64,000 nt of DNA, from assembly GCF_006345805.1 (NCBI RefSeq), contig NC_043003.1, positions 19,592,001 through 19,656,000 of the forward strand. Reading direction: 5' to 3'. The stretch is from Octopus sinensis. Its lineage: Eukaryota. This document shows, in pieces, positions 47,666-60,061 of this stretch (the first letter of the stretch is position 1; each line of letters opens with the position of its first letter). Made by a program: the position numbers and the translations under genes. Under the pieces are notes generated by a model, which saw only the letters and a list, made by a program, of their open reading frames with translations, ran no database searches and was not told the DNA's origin.

Positions 47666-49364
47666 ACTGATAAAAGATATGTATATAGACACACGCATGC
47701 ACTCATACAACCCTCCACTTATATAAATATGTGTGTGCGTATGTGCATGTGTGTATGTGATAGGAAAGGCTCCAGAGATTCTGGTATCGGTCTGCGCAGG
47801 CAAGACGTATGTAGTGAAGTCAACATAAAGATTACAATGAATGTGCCGTGAGGAATTGGAAATCCAACGTTTCGGATAGAGTCTTTCCTCATGGAAAAGT
47901 TGAAAAGGGAGAAATTAATGTGTGTGCACACGCGGCTGTGTGTGTATGTGCATGTGTGCACGCGTACGTGCGTATGTGTGATTGTGTGTGTGTGTGTACG
48001 GTGTTAAACCCGTGTATATATATATATATATATGTACATACATTCACGAACAGGTGAACGCACGCACATGTAGTATGTATAATATCAACTAATGTAGCTA
48101 CGAATTGTTTCATGTAATAATTATGTAATAAAATAATATTGTTCTTCAGGCAAACAAGCCATCTTTGCTGGGGAAGTAAGCGGAAGCTATAGAAACAGTC
48201 AGGTGTATTACGGGTTCTTCAGGGATATGTGTAAGGGAAATAAGTCATGTGATCACTTGGGAGATTTATCTCTCTTCCAATGTTACATTGGTTGCTAGGT
48301 GCACCCCCCTCCACACACACACAGAGTCACATAGCCATATTCTTCTCATCTCTCGTGTCATTATACTTCGGGACTTCAGAGTGCACTGTACTATTACACT
48401 ATTCCTACACCAACACCGCTGGCTCATGTATCATTCCCCATTCTGAACTGCTGCAGTGATTAGTTACCATATCTACCTCTAAGCCTGTTATACACATCAA
48501 CGCAAAAAATATTTTTGATCTCTTTCCCTGCTCAAAATTCGAAAAATTAAACTACGTTAAACAAACGAATTACAAATTTATCAAGAAAGCCAAGTGAAAA
48601 TAATGTTTTCTTTTGACACATTTTATCAGTATACGAAGTTTTCAAATGTTTAGTTAACTAGAAATTGTGTTGAAATCTGGCCTTCAAAAGGAAAAGATCC
48701 CAGCCTTTTTGCAGATGTCACTCTTTCTGAACCAGTTGCAGCGCCTGTCTATGACCTAATAAAATCATAGCAAATCACTAAACGTACAATAATCTCCAGC
48801 TCAAATCCTTCACCAATTTTATGTTAACTACTTCTGGTAGCTAATGCGCTTCATACCTAACCCATTTGCGACGGATATATTAATGACAAATTGTATGTTT
48901 TTAGGCATGACATTTCATTTACATTCCTCCCATAACCCAAAGCTGAAACCTGAAAACCTTTAAGTAGTTTGTATTTGAGGTGCAATTGTGCAAGCTAAGA
49001 ATGCTGTATTCATCTCCTGAAAGTAGTTGCTTACCACCACTAACTAGAATGCTTATATTCACCATTGCAACGCTCGTAAGACTACCATCGAAGAAGCAAA
49101 GAATGTCTTTGTATCTGGTGTAGCCAACGAGATCTATCGTTTCCTAAACTGCGGCAGCCTAAACTTCCTTTTATTTACTACGTGGCTTCCTCTGCCTCAC
49201 CAGTCTCCAACTAAGATGATTCTGTTAACATCACAGTCACTGCAAAGGTCTCCACACTTGCTATATGTATTTCTTCCAATTTGTGCTGATATTACAAACC
49301 AAACCTTTCCCCTCAAATATGTGGCCTTGTGCCTATGTTAGAAAGAATTATCAAGCCAAGGCCA

Positions 49365-49590
49365 GTGAATTGGCAGAATCGGTAGAGAAACGGACAAATA
49401 CTTAGTGGTATTTCGTCTGCCGCTACGTTCTGAGTTCAAATTCCACCGAGGTCGACTTTGCCTTTCATCCTTTCGGGTCGATTAAATAAGTACCAGTTAA
49501 GCACTGGGGTAGATATAATCGACTTAATCCGTTTATCTGTCCTTGTTTGTCCCCTCTATGTTTAGCCCCTTGTGGGCAGTAAAGAAATAG
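49365..49590 (+). mobile_element. Family-A SINE
   Basis: Match to the family consensus from ttggcagaatcg to aaagaaata. Confidence 0.9.
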
Positions 49591-50128
49591 CTATTTGTTC
49601 TTGCACTTTGCGCTCTACTCTGTTTAAACCTCATCGAAGTCAACTGCTTTTCATCCACCCGTGATCAAAAATATAAATATTAGTCAAGTGCTGGGGTCGA
49701 TATAAGAGACTAATCCCACCCCTAAATTTCTGGCCTTGTTCCTATGTTAGAAACAAGAAAAGTATGTAAAAGAAACGTTAGCATGCCAGACAAAGCGTAC
49801 ACAAACATCTCATACTGAATCCAAACGTTGGATATCTGATTTGCGAAGACTTATTTAAACAATACACTACAACCTCTTGTTTGCAGATGTGCGGTCTCTT
49901 ATTTCTGCATATAATATAACGGCATCACCTTCTCTCAAGCTGCTAGAAGTGTACTACTTTCACCCAACACTTTCGTTACTTTGGCAATGCCTCGCCACCT
50001 AGTTGCTGGATTAACTACTTTGTCTAATATTTCATTATTTCCCCGAATGCCACTCACTGGATTTTCCTCCTACCTCTGTATTCATGCAGACACCAATTTC
50101 ACAGTCCCGTTTACTGACCAAACTGTAT

Positions 50129-50520
50129 ATCTCTCTCTATATAAAGCTGAAGTTGTCTGTATGGCAGGTTTGGTAGCCTTCAACTAACACTATCTCCTCC
50201 GAGACCCTGCGGCGCAAGTTGACTAAAATTGAGAATATGATAGAAGAAGGCTCGCTCTTCCTTCCGTAGAAGAAAAAATTCAAATCAGACCATGTTAACA
50301 CCAAAAATTATTTACATCAAGAAGGTGCTTTTTTTCTATGAAAATCCCTATTTTTTACGATTTTTTTACTATTGTGTCGCCATTTTTCGGTGTATTTCAA
50401 CCAGAAAAATGTTCACTTAAAGAGAATAACAAGCCATGTAGTGCAAAATTTTTACTTTTCAAAAATGTCAATTCTAAAGGGTCGAAACAAACTCGATCAA
50501 CGTCGGCCGATACTGCTAGT
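50129..50520 (-). mobile_element. Helitron/Helentron-like element, related subfamily
   Basis: Minus strand starts actagcagtatcggccgacgttgatcgag and ends cttcagctttatatagagagagat. Confidence 0.6.
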
Positions 50521-50689
50521 ATATATATATAAAAAAAAGGATTAGTCATGAAAGCGCTTTTATCGTACATCTGCGATGTACTCACAATATTACTGTATCT
50601 ATACAGCATCTCAGCCACTGACACAATCTGTTCCATCAACTGACAACAAAATTAAGGACCAAGGAAGGTAACTCTAATAAAATTTTGCT

Positions 50690-50802
50690 GAATACATCGT
50701 CAGCCATTTTACGATGTTTTTGCACGTAATATACTGGTAATGTGTTAGGGTTGTCAATATCATTACTTTAAAAACGGCTGAAGGCACAATAAGACGGTAA
50801 GC
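50690..50802 (+). promoter_or_regulatory. Candidate first exon of ZNF-C (YY1-type GCCATTTT at 50703; donor GTAAGC at 50797)
   Basis: CpG-containing unique sequence 1.3 kb upstream of the acceptor; motif matches only. Confidence 0.3.
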
Positions 50803-51383
50803 AGATCTTTGTAAACATATCTGCTGGTTGTTTTGTTTTTAGTTCAGTTTAAGTCTTAAGGAGATCCAGCTACAAAGATACTTTAAGGCAGTCTATAAAC
50901 ATATGATAAATTGCTCGTGAAGTAACCATTAACTGTTGATGTCATTATTCGTAGGATGACTAACGATATTTTTAGCTTCTGTGAATAATATATTTTTCAT
51001 ATATTTGGCTAATCTATATTTTCCTGGTTGAGTGGCCAAGGCCCACTCTACTACAAGACGTTAAAACCTCTGTCCCTGACGTGCGCTGTAACTTCCTTTT
51101 CCTTACTCTTGACATATCAACAACACCACACATTATAATGCCTCTTCTGAATTCTTTTCATGACGAAGTTGGATCCTAATTCCTGACAATCGTTTTATTG
51201 TAGTTTTGATGTACTTCTAACGTGTATTAAAATAATTTACATTATTATAGCAGAGTAAAATCTTTAGAGTCATCTTTAAAGTTTTTGTTTTTTCTTTTGA
51301 TTCAGCTAAAACCGCTGTGCGTTTTCATATATGTAATAGGAGAAAATTAAAAGGAATATAAGGACTGCTCATGTTAGTTTGGA

Positions 51384-51384
<1 letters not shown>

Positions 51385-51433
<49 letters not shown>
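51385..51433. repeat. (GA)n microsatellite
   Basis: Direct reading. Confidence 0.95.
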
Positions 51434-51436
<3 letters not shown>

Positions 51437-51667
51437 GGTTGGAAGGTTCTGAGGTTTATCACACAAACAGTTCTTTCATTACTTTAATTTAATACGTTTT
51501 AGAACATGCGGAAATCTATATTCAAATTGTCCTGGTACTTGGGCTTTCCTCTCACCAGTATTCAAGCCATTTATTTTGATGTTTAGTGCCCATATTCTGT
51601 CCAGCAGAATTGGATACGATTAGATTGTTCAGACATTACTTAACTGGCATAGTTTTATTGCAACTAT

Positions 51668-51705
<38 letters not shown>

Positions 51706-51706
51706 T

Positions 51707-51738
<32 letters not shown>

Positions 51739-52059
51739 ATTTAAGGTTTTGTACCAAATTTAGAAATCATTGTCAGCATTTTTATTTTCATAATAATTGT
51801 TATATGCCTACATGAAAATCATAATTCCTTTTTATACAACACACCCTTCCAAAATAAATTTCCTGTAAACATTCCAATGTCTTCATTGCTGCTGATTCTT
51901 CCACAATGATTTCCTTTCAAGACCATCTCTGCCACATATCCATACCATTGCATCTTTTCTTTGTAGATATCATATATGTTGTGCTTTGTGTTTTTATATT
52001 TAATATATTTGGTTAATTTGTTTCTAATAAGCTCAGCATTAACATTTCATTGTTTCTTA

Positions 52060-52086
52060 TATTATGTATGGTTTTTATCATTTCAG
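52060..52086 (+). promoter_or_regulatory. Putative 3' splice site before the ZNF-C coding exon
   Basis: ggtttttatcatttcAG (AG 52085-52086), followed by a segment homologous to the other two 5' UTRs. Confidence 0.6.
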
Positions 52087-52610
52087 GAAATGTTTTACCA
52101 ATGATACATCAAGGAATAATATGAAGAATGTGGAAATCAGAAAAATGACATTTTCAGGAAGATGTGTAAGATTAGTGATATAGCCTTGAAGAAATTTCCT
52201 TTGCTGACTGAAAGTAATTCTTAGATTGTTTTGTATTGTGGATAAACTTGATATATCTACAAAAGAAACTTTGAACAGACTATTATTATAATTGGAACAT
52301 ATAGCACAGATTTTGGTGGCTCATTTCTGACTACAGAAATAAAGAATGTGCAATGAATCCCATCTAATGAACTTTGGAAGTATTTCTTTATAGCTGAGAA
52401 ATATTTACAAATATTTTCAAGTTTTTGACGTTTACTGTCAGAGATAATAGAGTGTTGAGTTGGCAGCAAGTTTTGAACTCTTGACTTTGTAGAGGACAAC
52501 AGCCAAGTGTGGTAACCATAACATCATGGTATTTCATAGATGGATGCATCATCATTAAATGATTTAAAGAAAATAATTATTTTTGAATTTATTAAACACT
52601 AATTGATATT

Positions 52611-53510
52611 ATGGAAGAGAATGTGTGGTGTCAGAGTCAGGTTAATGGAGAAACACAACCTGATATTAAAGATTTATCTCACATGGCACAAGTACGGACA
52701 AACAAGAAATCATATACGTGTGGTATCTGTTTTAAAGCATTCTCTCAGAATGGCCTTTTGACAAGTCACAAGCGTATTCATAAAGGTGAGAGACCCTATC
52801 ACTGTGATATATGTGGTAAAACATTTTTTGAAAGTTCAACATTAACTTGTCATATATGTACTCACACAGGTGAGAAACCATATCATTGTGATATCTGTGG
52901 TAAATCATTCTCTCGAAAAGAACATTTGTTTATTCATAAATGCATTCATTCAGGTGTGAAACCATATCATTGTGATATCTGTGGTAAATCATTCTCTCGA
53001 AAAGAACATTTGATTATTCATAAACGTAGTCATACAGGTGAGAAACCATATCATTGTGATATTTGTGGTAAAACTTTCTCACAATGTAATAAATTAACAA
53101 GCCATAGAAGTATTCATACAGGTGAGAAACCATACTGCTGTGATTACTGTAGTAAAACATTCTCTCGGAAAGAACATTTGACTCTTCACATACGTATTCA
53201 CACAGGTGAGAAACCATATCACTTCGATGTTTGTGGTAAAACCTTCTCTCGAAAACAACAATTGATTAGTCACAAACGCACGCATACAGGTGAGAAACCA
53301 TATCACTGTGATATTTGTGGTCAAACATTCTCACACAACAGCACATTAAAAATTCATAAACGTGTTCATACAAGTGAGAGACCATATCAGTGTGACATTT
53401 GCAGTAAGACATTCTCACACAAGAGCAATTTAACCATTCACCGACGTAATCACACAGGACTTCATTATCGACTGTGTCTTTCATCTCACAAGACTTCATC
53501 ATCGTTTTAA
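52611..53510 (+). CDS. C2H2 zinc-finger protein ZNF-C (299 aa; 9 fingers, finger 7 has Cys->Phe)
   Basis: Uninterrupted ORF of C2H2 repeats with the same N-terminal leader as ZNF-A and ZNF-B. Confidence 0.9.
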   Translation: MEENVWCQSQVNGETQPDIKDLSHMAQVRTNKKSYTCGICFKAFSQNGLLTSHKRIHKGERPYHCDICGKTFFESSTLTCHICTHTGEKPYHCDICGKSFSRKEHLFIHKCIHSGVKPYHCDICGKSFSRKEHLIIHKRSHTGEKPYHCDICGKTFSQCNKLTSHRSIHTGEKPYCCDYCSKTFSRKEHLTLHIRIHTGEKPYHFDVCGKTFSRKQQLISHKRTHTGEKPYHCDICGQTFSHNSTLKIHKRVHTSERPYQCDICSKTFSHKSNLTIHRRNHTGLHYRLCLSSHKTSSSF

Positions 53511-53650
53511 TGTCCACATTTCCATGCTTACATGGATTGGATGGATTTTATTGAGGACGAGTTTCTATGGCCACCAGATGCCCTTCTTGTTGTCAACCCC
53601 CAACTAACCTGTTTCTAAGCAAAGTAATATTTCACCATGGCCAGAGATAT
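53494..53650 (-). mobile_element. Family-C-related retroposon tail overlapping the ZNF-C stop codon
   Basis: tcatcatcgttttaatgtccacatttccatgc is the reverse complement of the gcatggaaa.gtggacattaaaacgatgatga tail; gatgcccttc core follows. Confidence 0.75.
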
Positions 53651-54678
53651 TCCCAGAGAAATGAATGGAGCTATTTAATGTTATTGATGAGGCACAGCTC
53701 AATCCTGATTGAGTAGAACTATAAGATCAAGGGCATTCCAGAAGTGACTATCTCATCTATTTATACTTAATGTCATAGTCAAGACATTCTATTTTATTTA
53801 AACAGATCAATTATTCCTAGCAAGTTCAGCTATCAGTGGCTCTCAACCTTATTAATATCCAAGCCAGAGCCAAAACTGGGACATTTTTTAGGGGGCTATA
53901 CCTAAACTAGCAAGACATAGGTCAATTAAAGAAAATTTTATTATATTTATAAAAGGAAGATCGTCGGGGTCCGTTGGAAAGATGCTTGAGGGCCGCAGTT
54001 GATGTATGCTAATTTAAAAAACTTTTTCTGTCTCCAGATCGACATTAGTTATACAATAATTAAAGGGAAATAATCCAGGAATAGCATATTTTGGCAGTAA
54101 TCTCCCTTAAGATTGTAGCATTACACAGAGCCTTTTGTTTTTCCTGTTATTTTGTCATAATTTGAAACTTTTAAGATACACCGTTTTAATGATAGACACC
54201 AGACTATGAAAAAGAAAATACATACTTACTATATCTATAAATAAAAGTCATTAAATCTACAGCATTTATTCAGTTAAGCATTTTTTTCTGCCTGTTTCCT
54301 TAATTTTTTTTAGACATTAGGAGACATAGAAGGAAACGAAAATATGGCACACATATTGTCCGAAGGATATAAACAACTGAAGCAAATTAAAATTAATTAG
54401 ATCAAAGGTTTAGTTTAAGTTCAGTATGCTAAATTATTTATTATAAACATTTGAATACAATTGGAGCATATGTTACACTTTGGATGTTAACTAGAAGCAC
54501 TGAAAGGTTTTCTAAAAGGCATATTAAACATTTCATTCGCTGTCTGTAGTTTCATAATACTAGCTTCTTTACTGGTGGTGGTGATGGTGGGGCTTAGTCA
54601 GTTTTAATGTTCAGTCATTGCATGTGTAATTACAAAGTGAATGACTAATTAATTGAAAATTTATAATGAATAACTATA

Positions 54679-54815
54679 CAGGGTGTGGGCAAAAGTAGGT
54701 ATACTGTTGCTGAATATGAGTGGAATGTTCTTGCCATTCTTATTCTAAAAAAGAAATAGAGAAATGAAAAGAACATTCCAATTAAGCATCTGTTTATTTA
54801 CTTTTGCCACCCCTG
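54679..54815. mobile_element. Tc1-like MITE with TA TSD
   Basis: ta|cagggtgtgggcaaaagta ... tacttttgccacccctg|ta. Confidence 0.8.
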
Positions 54816-55430
54816 TATAGTATGTATGTATGTATGTATGTGTGTGTGTGTGTATATATATATCATCATCATCATCATCATCTACAAAATGGGACAAGAA
54901 CGCAAAACATCCAGTCAGTTAGGTGATACAAAAAAGGGACAACAAAACATCCAGATAGACGATACAAGGAATACAAGGATGGGTCATTTGGAGTTTTCTT
55001 TCCTCAGTCGAGTTCCAGATTATCTTTGCAATTTCAGCTGGTTATATTTGAGATTGCTCTAACCTGGCCAGCCACAAGGAAAAACTAAGCTAAGAGCATT
55101 AGATTCCTTGGGAGAAAGCAGCGAATGTATATGCAAACAAGTATGGAAAAAATATGGAGAATGTTTCACAAATACAAATAACAGGTGTCTTTCGACTAAG
55201 TATGAATTAAATTAAGCTGGCGTGTGTGGAAATAAAGCCTTATGGCAGGGATACAAGATTTCACAGGCACAAGGAGGAATATAAATGTTGCATGGATGGT
55301 GGCTGAACCAAGAAAGAAAGGTGAGGCTTGGCCAAACTCTGAACACGTGGGGAGAGATGTAGAGGCAGAGGGACAAAAGAATTAAGGAGGGGAGAGAAAA
55401 AGTGACAGGGACACAGTGAAGTGAAAAGAG

Positions 55431-55483
55431 AGGTGCAAGCATGACTGTGTGGTTAGAAAGCTTGCTTTGCAACCATGTGGTTT

Positions 55484-55536
<53 letters not shown>

Positions 55537-55725
55537 GTATATGTGTGTGTGTGTGCATTTGTCTGCTGGCCATCACTTGACAACTGATGCTGGTGTGTTT
55601 ATGTCTCCTGTAACTTAGCAGCTCAGCAAAAGATACCGATAGAATAGGTACAAGGCCTACAAAAAATAAGTCCTGGGGTCGCTGTCTTCAACTAAAACCC
55701 TTTAAGGTGGTGCTCCAGTATGACA
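55431..55725 (+). mobile_element. Family-B SINE with internal deletion
   Basis: Head to aaccatgtggtt, then microsatellite and 3' half. Confidence 0.75.
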
Positions 55726-55737
55726 GAGTGTTAGCAT

Positions 55738-56250
55738 CTTGAGAGAAAAGTTGAGCATAAGGAGCATCAGATGTGGTGTGCAAAAGAGATGACTGCATTG
55801 GTATGGTCATGTGATGCATATGGATGAGGACAGCTGTGTAAAGAAGTGCTGATCTCTAACTGTGGAGGGAACCTGTGGACAAGGTAGACCCAGGAAGACA
55901 TGCGACATGGTGGTGAAGCATGATCTTTGAATGTTGGGCCTCACAGAGTTGATGACAAGTGGCCGAGACCCCTGGTGATATGCTGTGTGTGAGAAGACTT
56001 GACAGGCTGAGTGGAATTGTAGCTGTGGCCATGCCAGTGTCAGGTAAATGACATGCATGCATAATAGTCATGGTCGTTGCCTGTAAATGGCACCCATGAA
56101 TCATAACCATGGTCACTGCTGGTGCCATGTAAAAGACACCCATGCATCACAGTTATGGTTGCTGATGGTACCATGTAAATGGTTCCTGTGAATCATTGTG
56201 GTCGTTGCTGGTGCCATGTAAATGGCACCAGGGAATCATGTTCACTGCCA
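55738..56250 (+). mobile_element. 3' end of an RTE-clade LINE (ORF C-terminus plus tandem-repeat 3' UTR)
   Basis: KR*LHWYGHVMHMDEDSCVKKC*SLTVEGTCGQGRPRKTCDMVVKHDL matches the RTE RLRWxGHV...GRPRKTW motif; followed by ~45-50 bp tandem units. Confidence 0.85.
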
Positions 56251-56870
56251 CACAAACTGGAGAAGCCACTCATGGCTGTCAGATAATTTCTGTGACCACA
56301 TCACCCCTAACATCTGGATACCTAACTCCCCATACTGCAACCCCTTTAATTATTATGGGTGGTGCACAGTGAAAGACCCACAAAACTCCTTGTAACACTG
56401 AAGATGAAATGAATCAAAGATTATAAGGAGACTGTCCTGAAGATTGTGAAGTCATCTGGAGGCCATGATGGTTGAAGCCAATGGCAATTTTATTGAATAA
56501 ATTTTCTCTTTAGTATTTCAAGATATTTTTATGTAATTTTGGTAAATATATCTGTTAAAATGAGATGTCATTGTTATTTTCATTTTTGTGTGTAATTTAA
56601 ATGACGGTTTATTCACCGCAACCTGGATATATATATATATATATATCTATGTTTGCATGTATGTTTGATTATATACATGTGTGTGTGTGTGAGTGTACAT
56701 GCATGTGTGTTTGTGTATGTATATATATATGTATTTATCTACGCGAGCATGTTTCCAGTCTTCCATGGCAAATATGTCTGGTGATGGGAAAATATTCCCT
56801 TACTTGGAAACAGTTGAGGGTTGGCAAAAGGAAAAAGTGTGTGACTGTAGAAAATTCTTTGCCTCAACAT

Positions 56871-57167
56871 AGGAGTGGCTATGTGGTAAGAAGCTTGCTT
56901 CTCAACCACATGGTTCTGAGTTCAGCCCCATTGTGTGGCACTTTGGGCAAGTGTCTTCTACTATAGCCTTGGGCCAACCAAAACCTTGTGAGTGGACTTG
57001 ATTGATGGAAACTGAAAGAAGCCCATCGTATATATATATATATATATATATATACATAGAGAGAGAGAGAGAGCAATAAGAAAATGGAGGGGATCAATAG
57101 GTGATTCATCCACTTTTAGACATATTATGTCAACTTATTTATTTACTAAAATGACAATTACAAGAAT

Positions 57168-57213
<46 letters not shown>

Positions 57214-57465
57214 TTAAACGACAATGATGATATATATACACATACATATATATATACATACACATATGTATGTGTTTGTGTGTCTGTGTTTGCCCCCTCC
57301 ACCATTGCTTGACAACCAATGTTGGTGTGTTTACTTCCCTGTAACTTAGCGGTGTGAAAAAAGAAACTAATAGAAGAATAAGTCCTGGGGTCAATTTGGA
57401 TTTGTTCGACTAAAGGCGGTGCTCCAGCACGGCTGCAGTCAAATGATTGAAACAAATAAAAGAAT
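56871..57465 (+). mobile_element. Family-B SINE split by microsatellite and other inserts
   Basis: Head/CORE at 56871-57030 and 3' half at 57260-57465. Confidence 0.75.
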
Positions 57466-57761
57466 AAAATAATATTCCATCTGACACATGCCAGCCTGGA
57501 CATTAAACGACAAAGATAATGATAATAGCATGTTGATAGGGAACAAGTTGAAAGCCCTTTATGTGTAGAGAGATTTAAATAAATTATTTAAATGTATGTG
57601 TGTATATATAAAATAGCATTTTCAATGTATGTATATTCAAGGTACATATGTATGTGTGTGTATGTATGTATATGTATATGTACATATATATATATATGTA
57701 TGTATGTGTGTGTGTATATATGAGTGTAATGTGATATGTTTGAAGATTAAATCTATGTATT

Positions 57762-58162
57762 CTCTTATTCTTTTACTCGTTTCAGTCATTTGACTGCAGT
57801 CATGCTGGAGCACTGTCTTTAGTTGAACAAACAGACCCCAGGACTTATTCTTTGTTTGCCTAGTACTTATTCTATCGGTCTCTTTTGCCACACCGCTATG
57901 TTATGGGGATGTAAATACGCCAGCATCAGTTGTCAAGCGATGTTGGAGGACAAACACACACAAACACACACACACACACACACACACACATGCACACACA
58001 TAACAGGCTTCTTTCAGTTTCTGTCTACCAAATCCACTCACAAGGCATGGTCGACCCGAGGCTATAGTAGAAGTCACTTACCCAAGGTGCCTTGCAGTGG
58101 GACTGAACCCGGAACCATGTGGTTGGTAAGCAAGCTACTTACCACACAGTGGCTCCTGTGCC
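57762..58162 (-). mobile_element. Family-B SINE, full length
   Basis: Match to the family consensus over its whole length. Confidence 0.9.
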
Positions 58163-58484
58163 TATATATATATATCAAGAAATTTTGTATTTTTTTCATC
58201 TTTTCAAGTTATTTTTTTAATTGCAAAGTCATGCAAAATAAAATATATAAATAGACAAGATATTTATGGCTAAGTATGTGACAAAGTCTAAAGTAAGCAG
58301 CAGGGTATCAAAGACTCTTTGTAATTCTTTTAAGCAAAGCAATAAAACACATACACATGCACACACATATACAAGCACACAAGCACACACACGTGTGCGC
58401 ATGTGTATATATTTGTATATATTTATATATATATATGTATCAACCCATGCCAGCTTAAAACATGGACTTTAAAATTATTATGAT

Positions 58485-58635
58485 GGTTGGCGTTAGGAAG
58501 GGCATCCAGCCGTAGAAACACTGCCAGATTTGACTGGGCCTGATGAAGCCTTCTGGCTTCACAGACCCCAGTAGAACCGTCCAACCCATGCTAGCATGGA
58601 AAACGGACGCTAAATGATGATGATGATGATGATGA

Positions 58636-58640
<5 letters not shown>
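58485..58640 (+). mobile_element. Family-C element
   Basis: ggttggcgttaggaagggcatccagcc...ggacgctaaatgatgatg. Confidence 0.88.
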
Positions 58641-58672
<32 letters not shown>

Positions 58673-58679
58673 CATATAT

Positions 58680-59052
58680 ATTCTTTTATTCTTTTACTTG
58701 TTTCAGTCATTTGATTGTGGCCATGCAGGAGCACCACCTTAAAGGGTGTTAGTTGAAGAAATCGACACCAGGACTAGTAAATATTCTATTGACCTTTTTT
58801 TTTGCTGAACTGCTAAGTACAGTGACATAAACACACCAGAATCAGTTATCAAGCGATGGTGGGGTATCGAACAAACATAGACACACACACAAATATATAC
58901 ATACAACAGTCTTCTTTCAGTTTCTTTCACAAGGCCTTAGTCTGCCCGAAGCTATAGTAGAAGACATTTGCCCAAGGTGCCATACAGTGGGACTGAACCC
59001 AGAACCATGTGGCTGGGAGGCAAGCTTCTTACCACACAGCCATGTTCGCACC
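58680..59052 (-). mobile_element. Family-B SINE
   Basis: Match to the family consensus with small deletions. Confidence 0.85.
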
Positions 59053-59055
59053 TAC

Positions 59056-59143
<88 letters not shown>

Positions 59144-59150
59144 TCGTCGT

Positions 59151-59166
59151 TCCTTGCGCAGGGGCC

Positions 59167-59199
<33 letters not shown>

Positions 59200-59217
59200 A
59201 ATATGTACCGCCGTAGC
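59151..59217 (-). pseudogene. U6: Truncated U6 snRNA copy (about nt 7-73 of U6)
   Basis: Minus strand reads gctacggcggtacatattctaaaattggaacgatacagagaagattagcatggcccctgcgcaagga, matching conserved metazoan U6 including the ACAGAGA box and AGC triad. The 3' third and terminal U-tract are missing; flanked by (TA)n. Confidence 0.9.
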
Positions 59218-59235
59218 TAATATATATATATATAT

Positions 59236-59296
59236 ACTAGCAGCATAGCCCGGCGTTGCCCGGGTGTGAAAGAGCCCCTAGTAGGCAATGACTAAT

Positions 59297-59300
<4 letters not shown>
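59236..59300 (+). mobile_element. 5' stub of the Helitron-like family
   Basis: actagcagcatagcccggcgttgcccggg. Confidence 0.55.
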
Positions 59301-59349
<49 letters not shown>

Positions 59350-59479
59350 ATATGGAGGGTTTAGCTTGTGATCTAAACAAATAGATATGATGGGTAAGTG
59401 TTATATTTGGTCAACCATTAGGTTCCAAGATCACAGCTAAGGCTGGATCTAGGGATCTGTGTTAAGGTTCCATTATAGT

Positions 59480-59755
59480 ATCATCATCATCATCATCAGT
59501 ATCATCATTTAATGTCTGTTGTCCATGATGGCATGGGTTGGATGGTTTGACTGGGCTGGTATGCTAGAAGGCTGCACCAGCCTACAGTCTGATTTGGCAT
59601 GGTTTTCTATGGCTTGATGCCCTACTTAACGCCAAACCCCCTCCAAGAGTGTAATGGGTACTTTTATGTGCCACTGGTATGGGTGCTATTTTCCTGACAC
59701 CGGTCTCTGCCTTGACTGTGATTTTGTTCGGCTTGATGGGTCTTCTCAAGCACAA
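59480..59755 (-). mobile_element. Family-C element extending towards the RTE ORF end
   Basis: (CAT)n tail through to gatgggtcttctcaagcaca. Confidence 0.75.
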
Positions 59756-60061
59756 CCATGTATATATTATATTAGAGGAAAAATCATAACCAAGCTAAAA
59801 CGAGCATCTCAAGTCATTTAGAAGAATTTAATCAGGATAAGGTGAATTTGAAGTCTTGCACCTGATTCTAGGATAACCCAAGTGGTTGTTTAGCATGTCC
59901 GTGCACTGGGTATTCCATCAACAGAGACAAGGTATGAATATTTTCGTCGGGGAAAATTTACCGTTTATAAGGAATAAAATAGAAGAATAAAGAGTAAGGA
60001 GAATAATGTTCACAACTCGCCTTTTTCCAGAGGATATGGATGTTGCTTGGTACTTCCATGA

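Noticed and set aside
47860-48230. Hammerhead-like fragments (minus atgagga..tccgaaacg at ~47865-47892; gaaacagtcagg at ~48192)
   Set aside because: The catalytic core or stem II is incomplete in each case; cannot be distinguished from chance.
54890-55240. Distinct GC-richer block between microsatellites, probably a repeat
   Set aside because: Single copy in the window with no termini or coding motif I can verify.
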